A DNA stretch of 31,744 bases. Origin: Armatimonadota bacterium. GTDB taxonomy: Bacteria > Armatimonadota > Zipacnadia > Zipacnadales > FEN-943. Under the pieces are notes generated by a model, which saw nothing but the letters and a program-made list of their open reading frames with translations, made no database searches and was not told where the DNA came from. Where the stretch lies: positions 1 through 31,744 of the forward strand of contig JAKORR010000405.1 in assembly GCA_029777735.1 (NCBI GenBank), written 5' to 3'. This document shows positions 7,681 to 17,528 of the stretch, piece after piece (the stretch's first letter is position 1; every line of letters starts with the position of its first letter). Made by a program: the position numbers and the translations under genes.

Positions 7681-10600
7681 GTGACAGCGATGCGACTCCA
7701 GATCAACGGTGCAAGGGCCTCTGGACCCGCACGGTCCGTACCTTTTCTGCTTGCAATTGCCTGGCTGGCGGCCAACAGCGTGCTGGCTCAGCAGCCTACG
7801 GAAGGTCTGGTCGCCTACTGGCCCTTCGACGAGTTTAAGGACAAGGTCACTTCGGACGTTTCCGGACACGGCAACGACCTGATTGTCACTGCGTCTTTAC
7901 AAGTGAAGGGCGTGCGAAATACCGGCCTAGAGATGACGGAATTGGACTCCTCCGCGCGTTGCATCGTTTCGAGAGTCCAGCCCCCTGCCGAAGCCCTAAC
8001 CCTCGAGGCCTGGGTGAAACCTAGGGCCGTTGGCTTTGTGGACTATCCAACCATCATCCGCAAGGATAGCGCTTATGCCCTGCGTTTTGGTGGCACGCGC
8101 TTGGCCTTCCTTCTATGGTTCGAAGGCAAGCCTATCTATCTCGAGTCGGCGAAGACCGACTGGGTGGCAGACCAATGGTACCACCTAGCAGCGACCTACG
8201 ACGGCGCACAGATGAGGCTGTTCATAGACGGGGCAGAAGACAGTAACTCGCCTCGGGAACAGAAAGGGGCTGTGGACACGTCCCTGGACAACTGTGCCAT
8301 CGGCGCGGGTGCGGGAGGCGGGCGTTTCCGAGGAGTCATCGACGAAGTGCGCCTTTACCACCGCGCCCTGTCTCCCCAAGAGGTACAAGCCTCCTATGCG
8401 TTCGGGCGTCAGGCCCTGGAGGCCGAGCGGGATCGACGGTTTGAGCCCAAGCCCGTTGGGGTCGAACCGGTTGCTTTCCGCAAGCCAGCGAGGGACATAA
8501 AAATGATCGAGGACGGCTTTCTGTGGATTGACGCGGAGGACTTCAGCGACTACGGCGGCTGGCAACTGGACACGCAGTTTGTGCATTTGATGGGCTCAGC
8601 CTATCTCATCGCGGCAGGCGTCGGCACTCCGGTGAAGGATGCGACGCTGACGATTGATGTGCCCAAGGCGGGACGCTATCGGCTCTGGGTACGTGCCAAG
8701 AACTGGCTCAAGGACTACTCACCGGGCCAGTTCCGCGTGCTGGTCGGTGACAGGCTGACGGAAAAGGTTTTCGGCGCCGCGCCGAGCGAAGAGTGGCTAT
8801 GGGAGTCGGGCGGCGAGTTTGATTTGGAGCAGGGCGAGGTACAAATCGCGCTCCGCGACCTGACGGGCTATTTTGCCCGTTGTGACGCGGTAGTGCTAAC
8901 GACCGACCTGAGCTACACGCCGCCGTCGAAGATGGATGAGCTTCAGGTAGAGTGTAGGCGGCTCACAGGGCTGCCGCTGGAGCCAGAACTGGTAGGCGAG
9001 TTTGACGTGGTTGTGGTGGGAGCGGGCGTTGCGGGCTGCTGTGCAGCCGTGGCTGCGGCCCGCGGCGGTGCCAAAACCGCGCTTATCCAGAACCGGCCAG
9101 TATTGGGCGGGAATGCGAGCTCCGAGATAGGCGTGGGTGTCAATGGCGCGGCCAGTGGTCACCCGAACGCACGCGAGAGCGGCATCGTCGAGGAGATCGG
9201 GCGCATAAAGGCTCGCTTCGGCTACCGTGGCTGGAGCGAAGCCCTGCGGATGGTGACCGAACAGGAAAGGAACCTGACAGTCTTTGTCAACCAACACGTC
9301 GTCGCCGTGGAGATGGCCAACGCGCAGCACATCGCCTCGGTGAAGGCCGTTGATACCCTCACCGGAGGCTTTTCGGTGTACCGTGGAAGGGTGTTCCTCG
9401 ACTGTACGGGGGACGGATGGATCGGGTACTACGCGGGGGCTCAGTATCGGTTTGGGCGAGAGCCGCGCGACGAGTTTGGAGAGAGCCTAGCGCCAGAGAA
9501 ATCTGACCAGATAACGATGAGCGGCTGTCTGATGGGCGAGCACGGCCTGGCCTTCCGTTCGCAGGACACAGGCAAGCCTGTCCAGTACCTTCCGCCTCCC
9601 TGGGCACCGAAGTTCCCGTCGGCCGAGGAGTTCGGGCGCAACATCAGGTACTTCACGGGCGGCGAGTGGTGGTTGGAGCACCAAGGCACTATCGACGACC
9701 TCTGGGATGCCGAGAAGGCCCGCGATGAGCTGATTCGCATTAGCTTTGGCTATTGGGACTACATCAAGAACGTCTGGCCCGAGCGACAGCTGGCAGCCAA
9801 CTACGCCATGGTGTACGTGCCCTATCTAGACGCCAAGCGCGAGTCGCGCCGCTTGGTGGGCGACTACATCCTGACGCAAAACGATGTGCAGAAGGCTGTG
9901 GTCTTCCCTGACCGCATCTCCTATGGTGGCTGGCCACTGGACGTGCACCACCCCGAGGGTATCTACTCGGGCAAGGAAGGGCCCTACCATTGCACTCCGC
10001 CAGTACCTCTCTACACTATTCCCTATCGCTGCCTGTATTCGGTCAACATCGACAATCTTCTGTTCGCGGGTCGCCATGTCAGCGTCACGCACATTGCGCT
10101 GGGCACGGTGCGGGTGCAGGGCACTCTCGCCACCCTGGGGCAGGCCGCAGGGACGGCTGCGGCAATGTGCCTCAGGTATGGCACGACTCCTCGCGGCATT
10201 TATCAGCAGCACCTGAAGGAGCTACAGCAGACGTTGGTCAAGGACGACCAGTACATTCCAGGGGTGGTGAACGAGGATCCGAAGGACCTGGCACGGCGGG
10301 CCAGGCTCAGCGCCTCGAGTTCAGGCGACCACGAAGAGTTCGGCAAGGCCCAGGTGCAGAAGGACGAGTTGCACCCGATGTCCACCTGCCGAGCGATGAT
10401 GTTCCCGCGGGGCGAGAACCGGCGGCTTGGATCTGTGTACTTGCTACTGGCATCGAGTCTGGAGACACCCGTGCCTGTGACCCTCCACATCCGTGAGGCC
10501 CAGAGCTGTGACGATTTCTCTTTGCCCAGGGATATTGCGACCGTCAAGACGGAGGTACCACCTGGTCAGGAATCTTGGGTGGAGTTCAAGGTGGGCCGCG

Positions 10601-11172
10601 AGGTTGAGATGCCCTTCCTTTGGGTCTGGCTGGAGCCGGCGAAGGGTTTGTCCTGGCGAAGGATGGCCACGGCGCCCCTGGGCGCTCGACGGGCGTGGGG
10701 CCAAGAGGGCGACTGGCATGTTGTGGCGAACCAGTATTACGCTTTCTATACCGAGCCAGCGCTGGCACTAAAGACCGACTTCGCCGTGGAGAACCTCACC
10801 AACGGCGTCACACGGATCGTTGACACTCACTCCAACCTGTGGGCCTCGGATCCGACCAAGCCCCTGCCCCAGTGGGTGGAGCTGGCCTGGGACACTCCCG
10901 TTGAGATCAACTCCGTCTACCTGACCTTCGATACCGACATGAACGCCGCTTACCACAACGTGCCAGTTGTGGCCCAGTGCGTCAGGGACTATGAGGTGGC
11001 CTACCACGACGGCAGCGAGTGGGTGACCGTAGCGTCAGTAGAGGGCAACTTCCAGCGACGACGCGTACACCGTTTTGCGCCGGTGAGTACTTCGCGGCTG
11101 CGACTGACGATACTGGCCACCAACGGCGCCAAGTCTGCTAGAGTCTTCGAGATCCGCGTGTACAAGGAATAG
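7681..11172 (+). CDS. Secreted multidomain protein: LamG/concanavalin-like + beta-sandwich + FAD-dependent oxidoreductase (FAD_oxidored-like) + C-terminal F5/8/discoidin-like domain
   Basis: 1163 aa. Signal-like segment FLLAIAWLAANSVLAQQ. LamG motifs LVAYWPFDE, WYHLAATYDG and IDEVRLY. FAD motif DVVVVGAGVAGCCAAVAAARGG...RPVLGGNAS, plus FLDCTGDG and LLFAGRHVS. Tail PQWVEL...VEGNFQRRRVHRF..VSTSRLRL..ARVFEIRVY. ATG 7690 is an alternative start. Confidence 0.85.
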   Translation: MTAMRLQINGARASGPARSVPFLLAIAWLAANSVLAQQPTEGLVAYWPFDEFKDKVTSDVSGHGNDLIVTASLQVKGVRNTGLEMTELDSSARCIVSRVQPPAEALTLEAWVKPRAVGFVDYPTIIRKDSAYALRFGGTRLAFLLWFEGKPIYLESAKTDWVADQWYHLAATYDGAQMRLFIDGAEDSNSPREQKGAVDTSLDNCAIGAGAGGGRFRGVIDEVRLYHRALSPQEVQASYAFGRQALEAERDRRFEPKPVGVEPVAFRKPARDIKMIEDGFLWIDAEDFSDYGGWQLDTQFVHLMGSAYLIAAGVGTPVKDATLTIDVPKAGRYRLWVRAKNWLKDYSPGQFRVLVGDRLTEKVFGAAPSEEWLWESGGEFDLEQGEVQIALRDLTGYFARCDAVVLTTDLSYTPPSKMDELQVECRRLTGLPLEPELVGEFDVVVVGAGVAGCCAAVAAARGGAKTALIQNRPVLGGNASSEIGVGVNGAASGHPNARESGIVEEIGRIKARFGYRGWSEALRMVTEQERNLTVFVNQHVVAVEMANAQHIASVKAVDTLTGGFSVYRGRVFLDCTGDGWIGYYAGAQYRFGREPRDEFGESLAPEKSDQITMSGCLMGEHGLAFRSQDTGKPVQYLPPPWAPKFPSAEEFGRNIRYFTGGEWWLEHQGTIDDLWDAEKARDELIRISFGYWDYIKNVWPERQLAANYAMVYVPYLDAKRESRRLVGDYILTQNDVQKAVVFPDRISYGGWPLDVHHPEGIYSGKEGPYHCTPPVPLYTIPYRCLYSVNIDNLLFAGRHVSVTHIALGTVRVQGTLATLGQAAGTAAAMCLRYGTTPRGIYQQHLKELQQTLVKDDQYIPGVVNEDPKDLARRARLSASSSGDHEEFGKAQVQKDELHPMSTCRAMMFPRGENRRLGSVYLLLASSLETPVPVTLHIREAQSCDDFSLPRDIATVKTEVPPGQESWVEFKVGREVEMPFLWVWLEPAKGLSWRRMATAPLGARRAWGQEGDWHVVANQYYAFYTEPALALKTDFAVENLTNGVTRIVDTHSNLWASDPTKPLPQWVELAWDTPVEINSVYLTFDTDMNAAYHNVPVVAQCVRDYEVAYHDGSEWVTVASVEGNFQRRRVHRFAPVSTSRLRLTILATNGAKSARVFEIRVYKE

Positions 11173-11370
11173 CGTGCTGGAGAGTATAGGCGTCACAGGG
11201 ACAGTGGAATGCAGTGGGGTGGGTCTATCGAGGTCTTCGAGGCGATTGCCTACGGTGCCTGGGGCTGTCCGAAGTTTTGGGTGTTTCTGCCACGAAGATT
11301 CCCCGCGTCTTTGCTCTCTCCCCAAACCCTAGCTTAGGGGGAACTGTACACTCCCTTCTGCTCCGGATGG

Positions 11371-11420
11371 TTGACAAAGCCGCCTGGGAAAAATTATGTA
11401 GGTGAGTGAACGTCTGTTCA
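11371..11420 (+). promoter_or_regulatory. Probable promoter and palindromic operator upstream of tetR
   Basis: Consensus TTGACA at 11371-11376 with a weak -10 (TATGTA, about 11395-11400). Inverted repeat TGAAC-GTCT-GTTCA at 11407-11420, just before the SD. Confidence 0.55.
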
Positions 11421-11433
11421 GGGAGGAAGCAGA

Positions 11434-11991
11434 ATGCAGCAGCGCGAGAGGATTCTCGAAGCCGCCGCCGAGGTGGTAGGGAGAAGAGGTTATCAGGCTG
11501 CCAGCATAAGGGAGATTGCGGTCCGGGCGGGGGTCGCAGTGGGTACGATATACATCTACTTTGCGGGCAAGCGGGAGCTTCTACTAGCCTTTGTTGACAG
11601 GCTAGCGGCGGAGCAGCCGCAGCCAGTGGACAGGGCCACCGTCCCAGGTTCGCGCGAGGGCTTCGAGCGATTCGTCATGCACGAGCTCAAGTTCCTACGA
11701 CAGAATCGTCTCTTCGCGGCGCCCGTGCTAACAGAAGCGGTGTTCGACGATGAACTGTCGGCGATCGTGAAGCGCCAGCTCACGCGACCCGGACGCTCGC
11801 GCATGAGGGAGGCCCTTGCGGCGTGCGGGGCCGAAGACCCGGCCGCTGCTGCGCTGCCGGCCTGGAACATGGTTATGTTCAACGCCGTCTTTGCCCCGGC
11901 GATAGGACAGGAGCTCAGCGCGGCGAAATTAGCGTCGGCGATTTGGGCCCTGGCTGGTGGGTTTCCGGCGAAGATCCGGGCACGGCGCTAG
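11434..11991 (+). CDS. TetR/AcrR family transcriptional regulator
   Basis: QRERILEAAAEVVGRRGYQAASIREIAVRAGVAVGTIYIYFAGKRELL is a TetR HTH. GGAGG SD upstream. Confidence 0.93.
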   Translation: MQQRERILEAAAEVVGRRGYQAASIREIAVRAGVAVGTIYIYFAGKRELLLAFVDRLAAEQPQPVDRATVPGSREGFERFVMHELKFLRQNRLFAAPVLTEAVFDDELSAIVKRQLTRPGRSRMREALAACGAEDPAAAALPAWNMVMFNAVFAPAIGQELSAAKLASAIWALAGGFPAKIRARR

Positions 11992-12061
11992 GGCTGGCCC
12001 AGCGCAGAGGCATCTCCTTGCCGCGCACCGGTAGGGCCAGACAACAAAGCAGGGGGTATAC

Positions 12062-14704
12062 ATGGTGGCTCTAGCCTTGGGCTTAGCCCTCATTCTTCCC
12101 TGTCTTGTCGCAGAACTGCCGCCACATCCGCGCATCTGGATCACCAGGGCGGGTCTGTCATGGGTACGGAGCTTGGCGACTGACACTCGGCCTACGGCGC
12201 TTGGTTGGGCGCCAGCCGAAGAAACCGCCCGGGTGCTTGCTCGCGCTAAGGAGCTAGCGACGGCTCCTCCATACCATTACGAAGTGGACATGCCCGGCCG
12301 CGAGGGAGGACCATCCCAGCACTGGGAGTACACGCTTTCGGATGAGCCCCCGCCGCGCCACGACGACTTCTCTCACTATCCCCCCTGGACGGCGATGTTC
12401 CAGGAGGGCAGCGACGCCATCACCACGCGCATCAAGCACTTCGCCTTCGCCTACGTTGTTACCGGCGAGCCGCTGTATCTCGAGAAGGCCAAGGAGGTGG
12501 TCTTTCACCTTTGCCGCTGGCCTATCATCTGGACGGACCCAAGCTACGGCGGTGGCAAGCCGTGTTTGGACACGGGCCACGCGGCCCACGCGGTAGGCCT
12601 GTTCTACGACTGGTGCTACGACGGGCTGACGGAGGACGAGCGCAGGCTAGTGAGAGAGGCCCTGGTGGAGAAGGCCTTGGGGCCCATAGACGAGATTCTG
12701 GACAGTATACCCGCCTATCACAACTATGCCGCAGTGGTCTCCTTGGGCCTGGGAACGGGGGCCTTGGCGCTGCTGGGCGAACACGAGAAGGCCCAGTCAT
12801 GGGTCGAGCGTTGCCTGGCCAAGATGAAGAAAAGCTTTGACATGCAGGGCAGCGATGGTGGACCGCTCGAGGGTCCCATGTATGGCACGTACTTCGCGGA
12901 TAGCTACGCCCAGCTGCTGTGGGGCCTGCATACGGTTGGGATCGCCACAGACCTGTGGGACCATGTGTTCCTCAAGACGATGCCGCGCTACTGCATCGGT
13001 CTGATGGCGCCCGTCGTGCACCAACAGCCCACCTTCGGCGATGGCGGCCCGACCCAGGCCTTCAGGCTCAGCATGACGCTGTTGGCGCTGCGTGGCGACA
13101 CCGATGCGGCGTGGTATCTGCAACAGATCGGCGCCCTGCGGCCCAGCGGCCTCGAGACTCTCCTCCTGCTGGACCCAGGCAAGATACGGCCGGAGCTCCC
13201 GGCGTGGAACCCCTCAGTCGCCTTCTTGGACATTGGCTACGCGAGCCTGCGCGACGGCTACAACGAAGAGGGAGCCTATCTGGCCTTCAAGTGCGGGCCA
13301 CCCGAAAAGACCGTCGGGCACAACCACTTCGACCACAACAGCTTCCAGATTTGCTACAACGGCGCCTGGCTGGCCTGTGATCCGGGCTACCGTAGCTATT
13401 TCGACCCGCCCAAGCGCAAGTACACCACTTCCACCTTCGGGCACAACTCCCTTGTGCTCAACTTAACCCCGGAGTGGCTCCAGTCGAGCGAGTACGCGAC
13501 ACTCGGCGTGGATCAGGTGCAGCTTACCCGGGGACGAATCGCGCGATTCTTCTCCGCCGAGGGTTATGATTACCTCCGCGGCGACGCGACGGAAACCTAC
13601 AACACCGATGACAAGCGCATCCTCGAGAGAGCCTGGCGTGACGTTCTGATGATCAAGCCGCGTGTCTTCGTGGTGCGTGACAGCTTGGAGGCTACCGAAC
13701 CTGCGACCTATCACTACCTACTGCACACCTGGGCGGGCCAAGGCCTCTCTCTCGAGGGCGATAGCCGGGCAAGAGTTGTGACGCCCAACGCTACTCTCGA
13801 CGCCTGGATCTTCTCGCCCCAGCAGATTGAAATGAGCGCCGGCGAGTACAAGGGCGCCGAGGCCTTTGGGCCCTACGTCATGGCCAGCACGGCGCGGGCC
13901 AAGCAAGTGACCATCACTTCAGTCCTCATCCCCAGCAAGTGGGTAGGCCTCGTCAACGGCGGCTTCGAGGAGGGTTTGGCCGGGTGGCGCCCCCGGACCA
14001 TGCCCGGATTCACGGAGAATCACGTCATTGACGAGGCGGTTGCCCATTCTGGGAAGCGCTCGGGGCGCATCGACGCTCCCGGCGGCTATTACTACTCTTC
14101 CTACTTCACCGCCCCGGCAACCACCACGATACATGTGCGCTTTTGGGCCAAGGTCCAGGGCGCCCCAGGAACCGCCACCTCTTGCCTCTACTTCTGGCGC
14201 GACGGTAAGGCCTTCCACCGTGAGGAGGGGCCCAAACCGACGGGGGACGAGTGGTGCCTCTACGAGATGGAGGCCAAGGTGCCCGAGGGAACACAGCAGA
14301 TATGTCTGGCATTGCACTTCTTTGCCGACCAGGGCAGGGCATGGTATGACGACGTTGATCTGGCCTTGGATCCCCCGCCCCCCGACGAGAGGCCGGACTC
14401 CGTTGAGGCTCTGGGCGACGACTCCGAGGGCGTCGTAGTCAAAATGCGAGACGGTACTAGGCATCTGGTGGGCTTTGCGGCCGGGGAGGGAAGCACTAGC
14501 CTGAAAGTCCCCGGGCACGAGCTAGCCTTCAACGGCGAGATGGCTGCTGCTACCTTTGACCCTGCCGATAAGCTCCTTCGCGTCTGGCTCCTCGAGGGCA
14601 CCGCCCTCCTGGTGGATGGGCAAGAGGCGCTCCGTTTGCCCAGGCGCGGCACCAGCGAGGCCGTTGCCCGAGAGGGACGCTTCGAGGCAACGGTAGGCGA
14701 ATAG
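12062..14704 (+). CDS. Secreted heparinase II/III-family lyase-like protein (DUF4962-like N-terminus) with an inserted CBM4/9-like module
   Basis: 880 aa. Signal peptide, then HPRIWIT, YHNY, EGPMYGTYF, FGDG and GHNHFDHNSF. Module GLVNGGFEEGLAGW...WYDDVDL at about 13946-14370. Confidence 0.8.
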   Translation: MVALALGLALILPCLVAELPPHPRIWITRAGLSWVRSLATDTRPTALGWAPAEETARVLARAKELATAPPYHYEVDMPGREGGPSQHWEYTLSDEPPPRHDDFSHYPPWTAMFQEGSDAITTRIKHFAFAYVVTGEPLYLEKAKEVVFHLCRWPIIWTDPSYGGGKPCLDTGHAAHAVGLFYDWCYDGLTEDERRLVREALVEKALGPIDEILDSIPAYHNYAAVVSLGLGTGALALLGEHEKAQSWVERCLAKMKKSFDMQGSDGGPLEGPMYGTYFADSYAQLLWGLHTVGIATDLWDHVFLKTMPRYCIGLMAPVVHQQPTFGDGGPTQAFRLSMTLLALRGDTDAAWYLQQIGALRPSGLETLLLLDPGKIRPELPAWNPSVAFLDIGYASLRDGYNEEGAYLAFKCGPPEKTVGHNHFDHNSFQICYNGAWLACDPGYRSYFDPPKRKYTTSTFGHNSLVLNLTPEWLQSSEYATLGVDQVQLTRGRIARFFSAEGYDYLRGDATETYNTDDKRILERAWRDVLMIKPRVFVVRDSLEATEPATYHYLLHTWAGQGLSLEGDSRARVVTPNATLDAWIFSPQQIEMSAGEYKGAEAFGPYVMASTARAKQVTITSVLIPSKWVGLVNGGFEEGLAGWRPRTMPGFTENHVIDEAVAHSGKRSGRIDAPGGYYYSSYFTAPATTTIHVRFWAKVQGAPGTATSCLYFWRDGKAFHREEGPKPTGDEWCLYEMEAKVPEGTQQICLALHFFADQGRAWYDDVDLALDPPPPDERPDSVEALGDDSEGVVVKMRDGTRHLVGFAAGEGSTSLKVPGHELAFNGEMAAATFDPADKLLRVWLLEGTALLVDGQEALRLPRRGTSEAVAREGRFEATVGE

Positions 14705-14810
14705 GACAGCCTCTGGCACGTGCTCGGCGGTAAGTCATCGTCCCTAAAGGGTGTAGTTTCCTCCTTCCTGTATGCGGGTAATCTAGTATGCTAGAGAGAA
14801 GGTGAATACG

Positions 14811-15320
14811 ATGAGGAAGCACCTGATGATAGCGACTTTGGCGGTTGGGGTCTCCCTCTTCCTGGGAGGCGCGACGACCACAAGCCGAGCACAAGTGTTG
14901 CTGCCTCACAACAACATACAAGTGCCCGGCACTTGGTCCGAAATTCCGTCGATACCTGGGCCCAACACTCCCGGCCAGCGCTACCTGACCCCTCCAGTGG
15001 GACCGCGGTTCCCCTCGCCCCCTGCCGGTTACCGGGGTGACTTCCCACTCTTTGGGCCCAGCCAACCGCGTCTGCTTCCCGACAGGTCCTACTTCAACCC
15101 CCTCGGCCCCGAGTACTTCGAACCCTATCCGACCCAGCGCGTGAGGCCCTGGCACCGGTACTACAGCGACAGGAACGAGAACTGGGAAATCATCGACCGC
15201 TGGAGCCGCTGGCACCCAGACTGGCCGTACAGCGAGTGGCAGTTCGGGCGCATTGAGCGCAACTCGGACGTCCACCGGCGACTGCAAGAACGGCTTGAAA
15301 GGGCGCGCCCGGCGCCGTGA
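14811..15320 (+). CDS. Secreted proline/aromatic-rich hypothetical protein
   Basis: ATG 14811 after GAAGG (GTG 14802 is the alternative). Signal-peptide-like MRKHLMIATLAVGVSLFLGGATTTSRA. The mature part is rich in P, R, W and Y. Confidence 0.6.
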   Translation: MRKHLMIATLAVGVSLFLGGATTTSRAQVLLPHNNIQVPGTWSEIPSIPGPNTPGQRYLTPPVGPRFPSPPAGYRGDFPLFGPSQPRLLPDRSYFNPLGPEYFEPYPTQRVRPWHRYYSDRNENWEIIDRWSRWHPDWPYSEWQFGRIERNSDVHRRLQERLERARPAP

Positions 15321-15369
15321 ACGACAGTCCCGGCCCAAGTGCCTGAGGCCATGACGGTCGCAAAGTGAT

Positions 15370-15398
15370 TCGGCCCTCGCTGTGACGGCGAGGGCCGA
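15370..15398. terminator. GC-rich hairpin between convergent genes (possible bidirectional terminator)
   Basis: TCGGCCCTCGC-TGTGACG-GCGAGGGCCGA, an 11-bp perfect stem. The U-tract is poor. Confidence 0.6.
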
Positions 15399-15447
15399 TT
15401 GCTTGCAAAGACCCTGTCAGCGATACCAGCCAAGGCCCACTACACTA

Positions 15448-17166
15448 CTATCTGCGCTGCGCAAGTCTGAGCTTCGTGGCGTCTTCGCCACCGTTGAGCA
15501 GGTAAAGGAGCGGCATGGGCCTGTCCACGCCTTCAATGAAGCGCGGGCGCTGCGCCCAGGGAGTGACCGAGAGGACGTTGGCCAAGTCCATCCAGTACTC
15601 GAGCCTAGCTGGCTTGAGCCCCCACGTCATATGAAAGTGGTTCGCGGGAGCAAACTGCTTGTACTCAGTCATACTGGCATACCGGGGCACAACCCAGGTG
15701 TGGGGCCAGACAGGCGTGGACGTCGCTGCCACGGCCTGGGCCAGCTTCTCCGGCATCTCTGTTGTCACTGCCTCGTCCCAAACTAGCGAGAAAATGTTGT
15801 TGATGGCACTATAGGCCATACGCCCGGCCACACCCTCGATACCTGCCGGCGAAAAGAAGCTCACGCAGTTGCCGCCGCCAGGGAAGTAAAAGTCCTCTGC
15901 AAAAGGCATCGACACGCGCGCCATAATCTCCTCGATGCTGGAGCCTGGGGGAGCCGCCCAGTCCAGCGAGGCGCTGCCCGAGTTGTCGCCGTCCACGAAA
16001 CCCTTTGTGCGCCACAGACCATCCGGATCTACATCCCCCAGCCCCAGCTCCTTCGCCTTTGCCTCGATCTCCCACGGCTCCCACACCTTGCGGAAGTCCA
16101 TGAATAGCGGCGGGTTGCCACCCGTCAGCCACGTGAAGAACAGCATGGTCAACAGGCCCTGAACGTCCGCCTCTGTCGCAAAGGGCAGTGGGGGCTTCCG
16201 CCCCTTGTGGTCGAAGGTCGAGTTGAGCAGCGACTCCATTATGTCCGCCACGGGCAGCGGTATTCCCCGGCGGTCGGAACCCCACTCAAGCTGGTTCATG
16301 AACCCGCCTCCGACGGCATTCAGATCCGTCAGCAGGTCGCGGACGATGAGGTATACACCCAGGCCTTGATTTAGACGCTCTCCGTCGGCCTCATCGCGCA
16401 ACTCCAGACGGTCGCCAAGATGACCCTCCAGCCAGGCGCGTAGTTCTCGCAGCTCCTCTGCGTCATAGGCCCCCTTCTTCAGCATGTCCGCCAGCAGCTT
16501 CATGTCCAGCCGCGTGATCTCAAGGCCGAAGATGGTCCGCGTGGGTATGATGTGCGCAAGAGCCGTTTCCATGCCCATGCTGTCATGCCCAAAGATCACA
16601 ACTCGACGACCCTTCAAGCCCACCCGCGTTACCGCGGCGTAAGCCCAGTCTACCAGTGCCTCAGCCGTGGACTCCGTCATGACTGGCTTCTGCCCCGTAT
16701 CCGGCCACGTACCAACATTGATGTGCACCATCCGACCACACTGGCTGAGGGCTCCGTTAGCTGCATGCACAAACACTACGCCGGGCTTCGGCCCGCTGTT
16801 CCCGCACGTCAGATTGATCGGTGTGTCCTCGGGAAACTGACTCAGCAGCGAGATGAGGCCCAACTGTGGGAAGGCCCAGGTGTCAGGTACGCAGACGAAG
16901 ATGTTTGCCCCCGCGGCCTCGAACTGCCTCGCCACCATGTCGGCCTCCCTCTCCCCGTCCACAAGTATGGGCGAGTAGACGACGGGCACCAGCGTACCGT
17001 CCGGGAGCTTCACGCGCTCAGCCAAGATGTCGGCCGTCATTTCCACGATGTTCACGCACCGCTGGCGCGATACCTCATCGACCCTCGGATCTCCTGTGGC
17101 GAACACGCCGATGGTCGGGAGCTTGGCAACTGCAGGCTGGCTTTCTGGTAGTCTCTTTGCGCTCAC
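15448..17166 (-). CDS. fucI: L-fucose/D-arabinose isomerase family protein
   Basis: GTG at 17166 with AAGGAG upstream (ORF-track start 17232 is over-extended), about 572 aa. LPTIGV...GHDSMGMET. Metal ligands equivalent to FucI Glu/Asp/His occur in ATEADVQG, FMDFRKVW and NHFHM. The sequence is divergent, so the substrate is uncertain. Confidence 0.8.
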   Translation of the reverse strand: MSAKRLPESQPAVAKLPTIGVFATGDPRVDEVSRQRCVNIVEMTADILAERVKLPDGTLVPVVYSPILVDGEREADMVARQFEAAGANIFVCVPDTWAFPQLGLISLLSQFPEDTPINLTCGNSGPKPGVVFVHAANGALSQCGRMVHINVGTWPDTGQKPVMTESTAEALVDWAYAAVTRVGLKGRRVVIFGHDSMGMETALAHIIPTRTIFGLEITRLDMKLLADMLKKGAYDAEELRELRAWLEGHLGDRLELRDEADGERLNQGLGVYLIVRDLLTDLNAVGGGFMNQLEWGSDRRGIPLPVADIMESLLNSTFDHKGRKPPLPFATEADVQGLLTMLFFTWLTGGNPPLFMDFRKVWEPWEIEAKAKELGLGDVDPDGLWRTKGFVDGDNSGSASLDWAAPPGSSIEEIMARVSMPFAEDFYFPGGGNCVSFFSPAGIEGVAGRMAYSAINNIFSLVWDEAVTTEMPEKLAQAVAATSTPVWPHTWVVPRYASMTEYKQFAPANHFHMTWGLKPARLEYWMDLANVLSVTPWAQRPRFIEGVDRPMPLLYLLNGGEDATKLRLAQRR

Positions 17167-17528
17167 GGCTATACGCTCCTTTGGCTCTAAGGGCTCGACG
17201 GGCAACCTCTGGCCAGCCTGCGGCGTGACCAAGGGGCCCGGAGTCCGGAATCGCAGATAAGCATGCTATGGTTCGCCTCGGCAGGGGTATCCTCCTTCCC
17301 CGCCGCCCACGGCAAGAACCATGCTGAAGCAGACTCCGGATCCCGTCATGATATGCCTCCACGCCACTGACTCCACCAAGGAGACAACACCAACCGGGAG
17401 AACAAACCCTCAATCAAGACCAACGTGCGGCTGAGCACGGGGCCAACCGAAAGAGCGGCAGGACACCTGCCCCTACCCCACAGTGCCCAAACGCCGCGCC
17501 CGAGTAGCTACAGGAGACTGGAGCATCC

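Noticed and set aside
14550-15338. 262-aa minus-strand ORF over the Pro-rich gene
   Set aside because: It overlaps the lyase 3' end and lacks an SD or motifs. The plus-strand ORF has an SD and a signal peptide.
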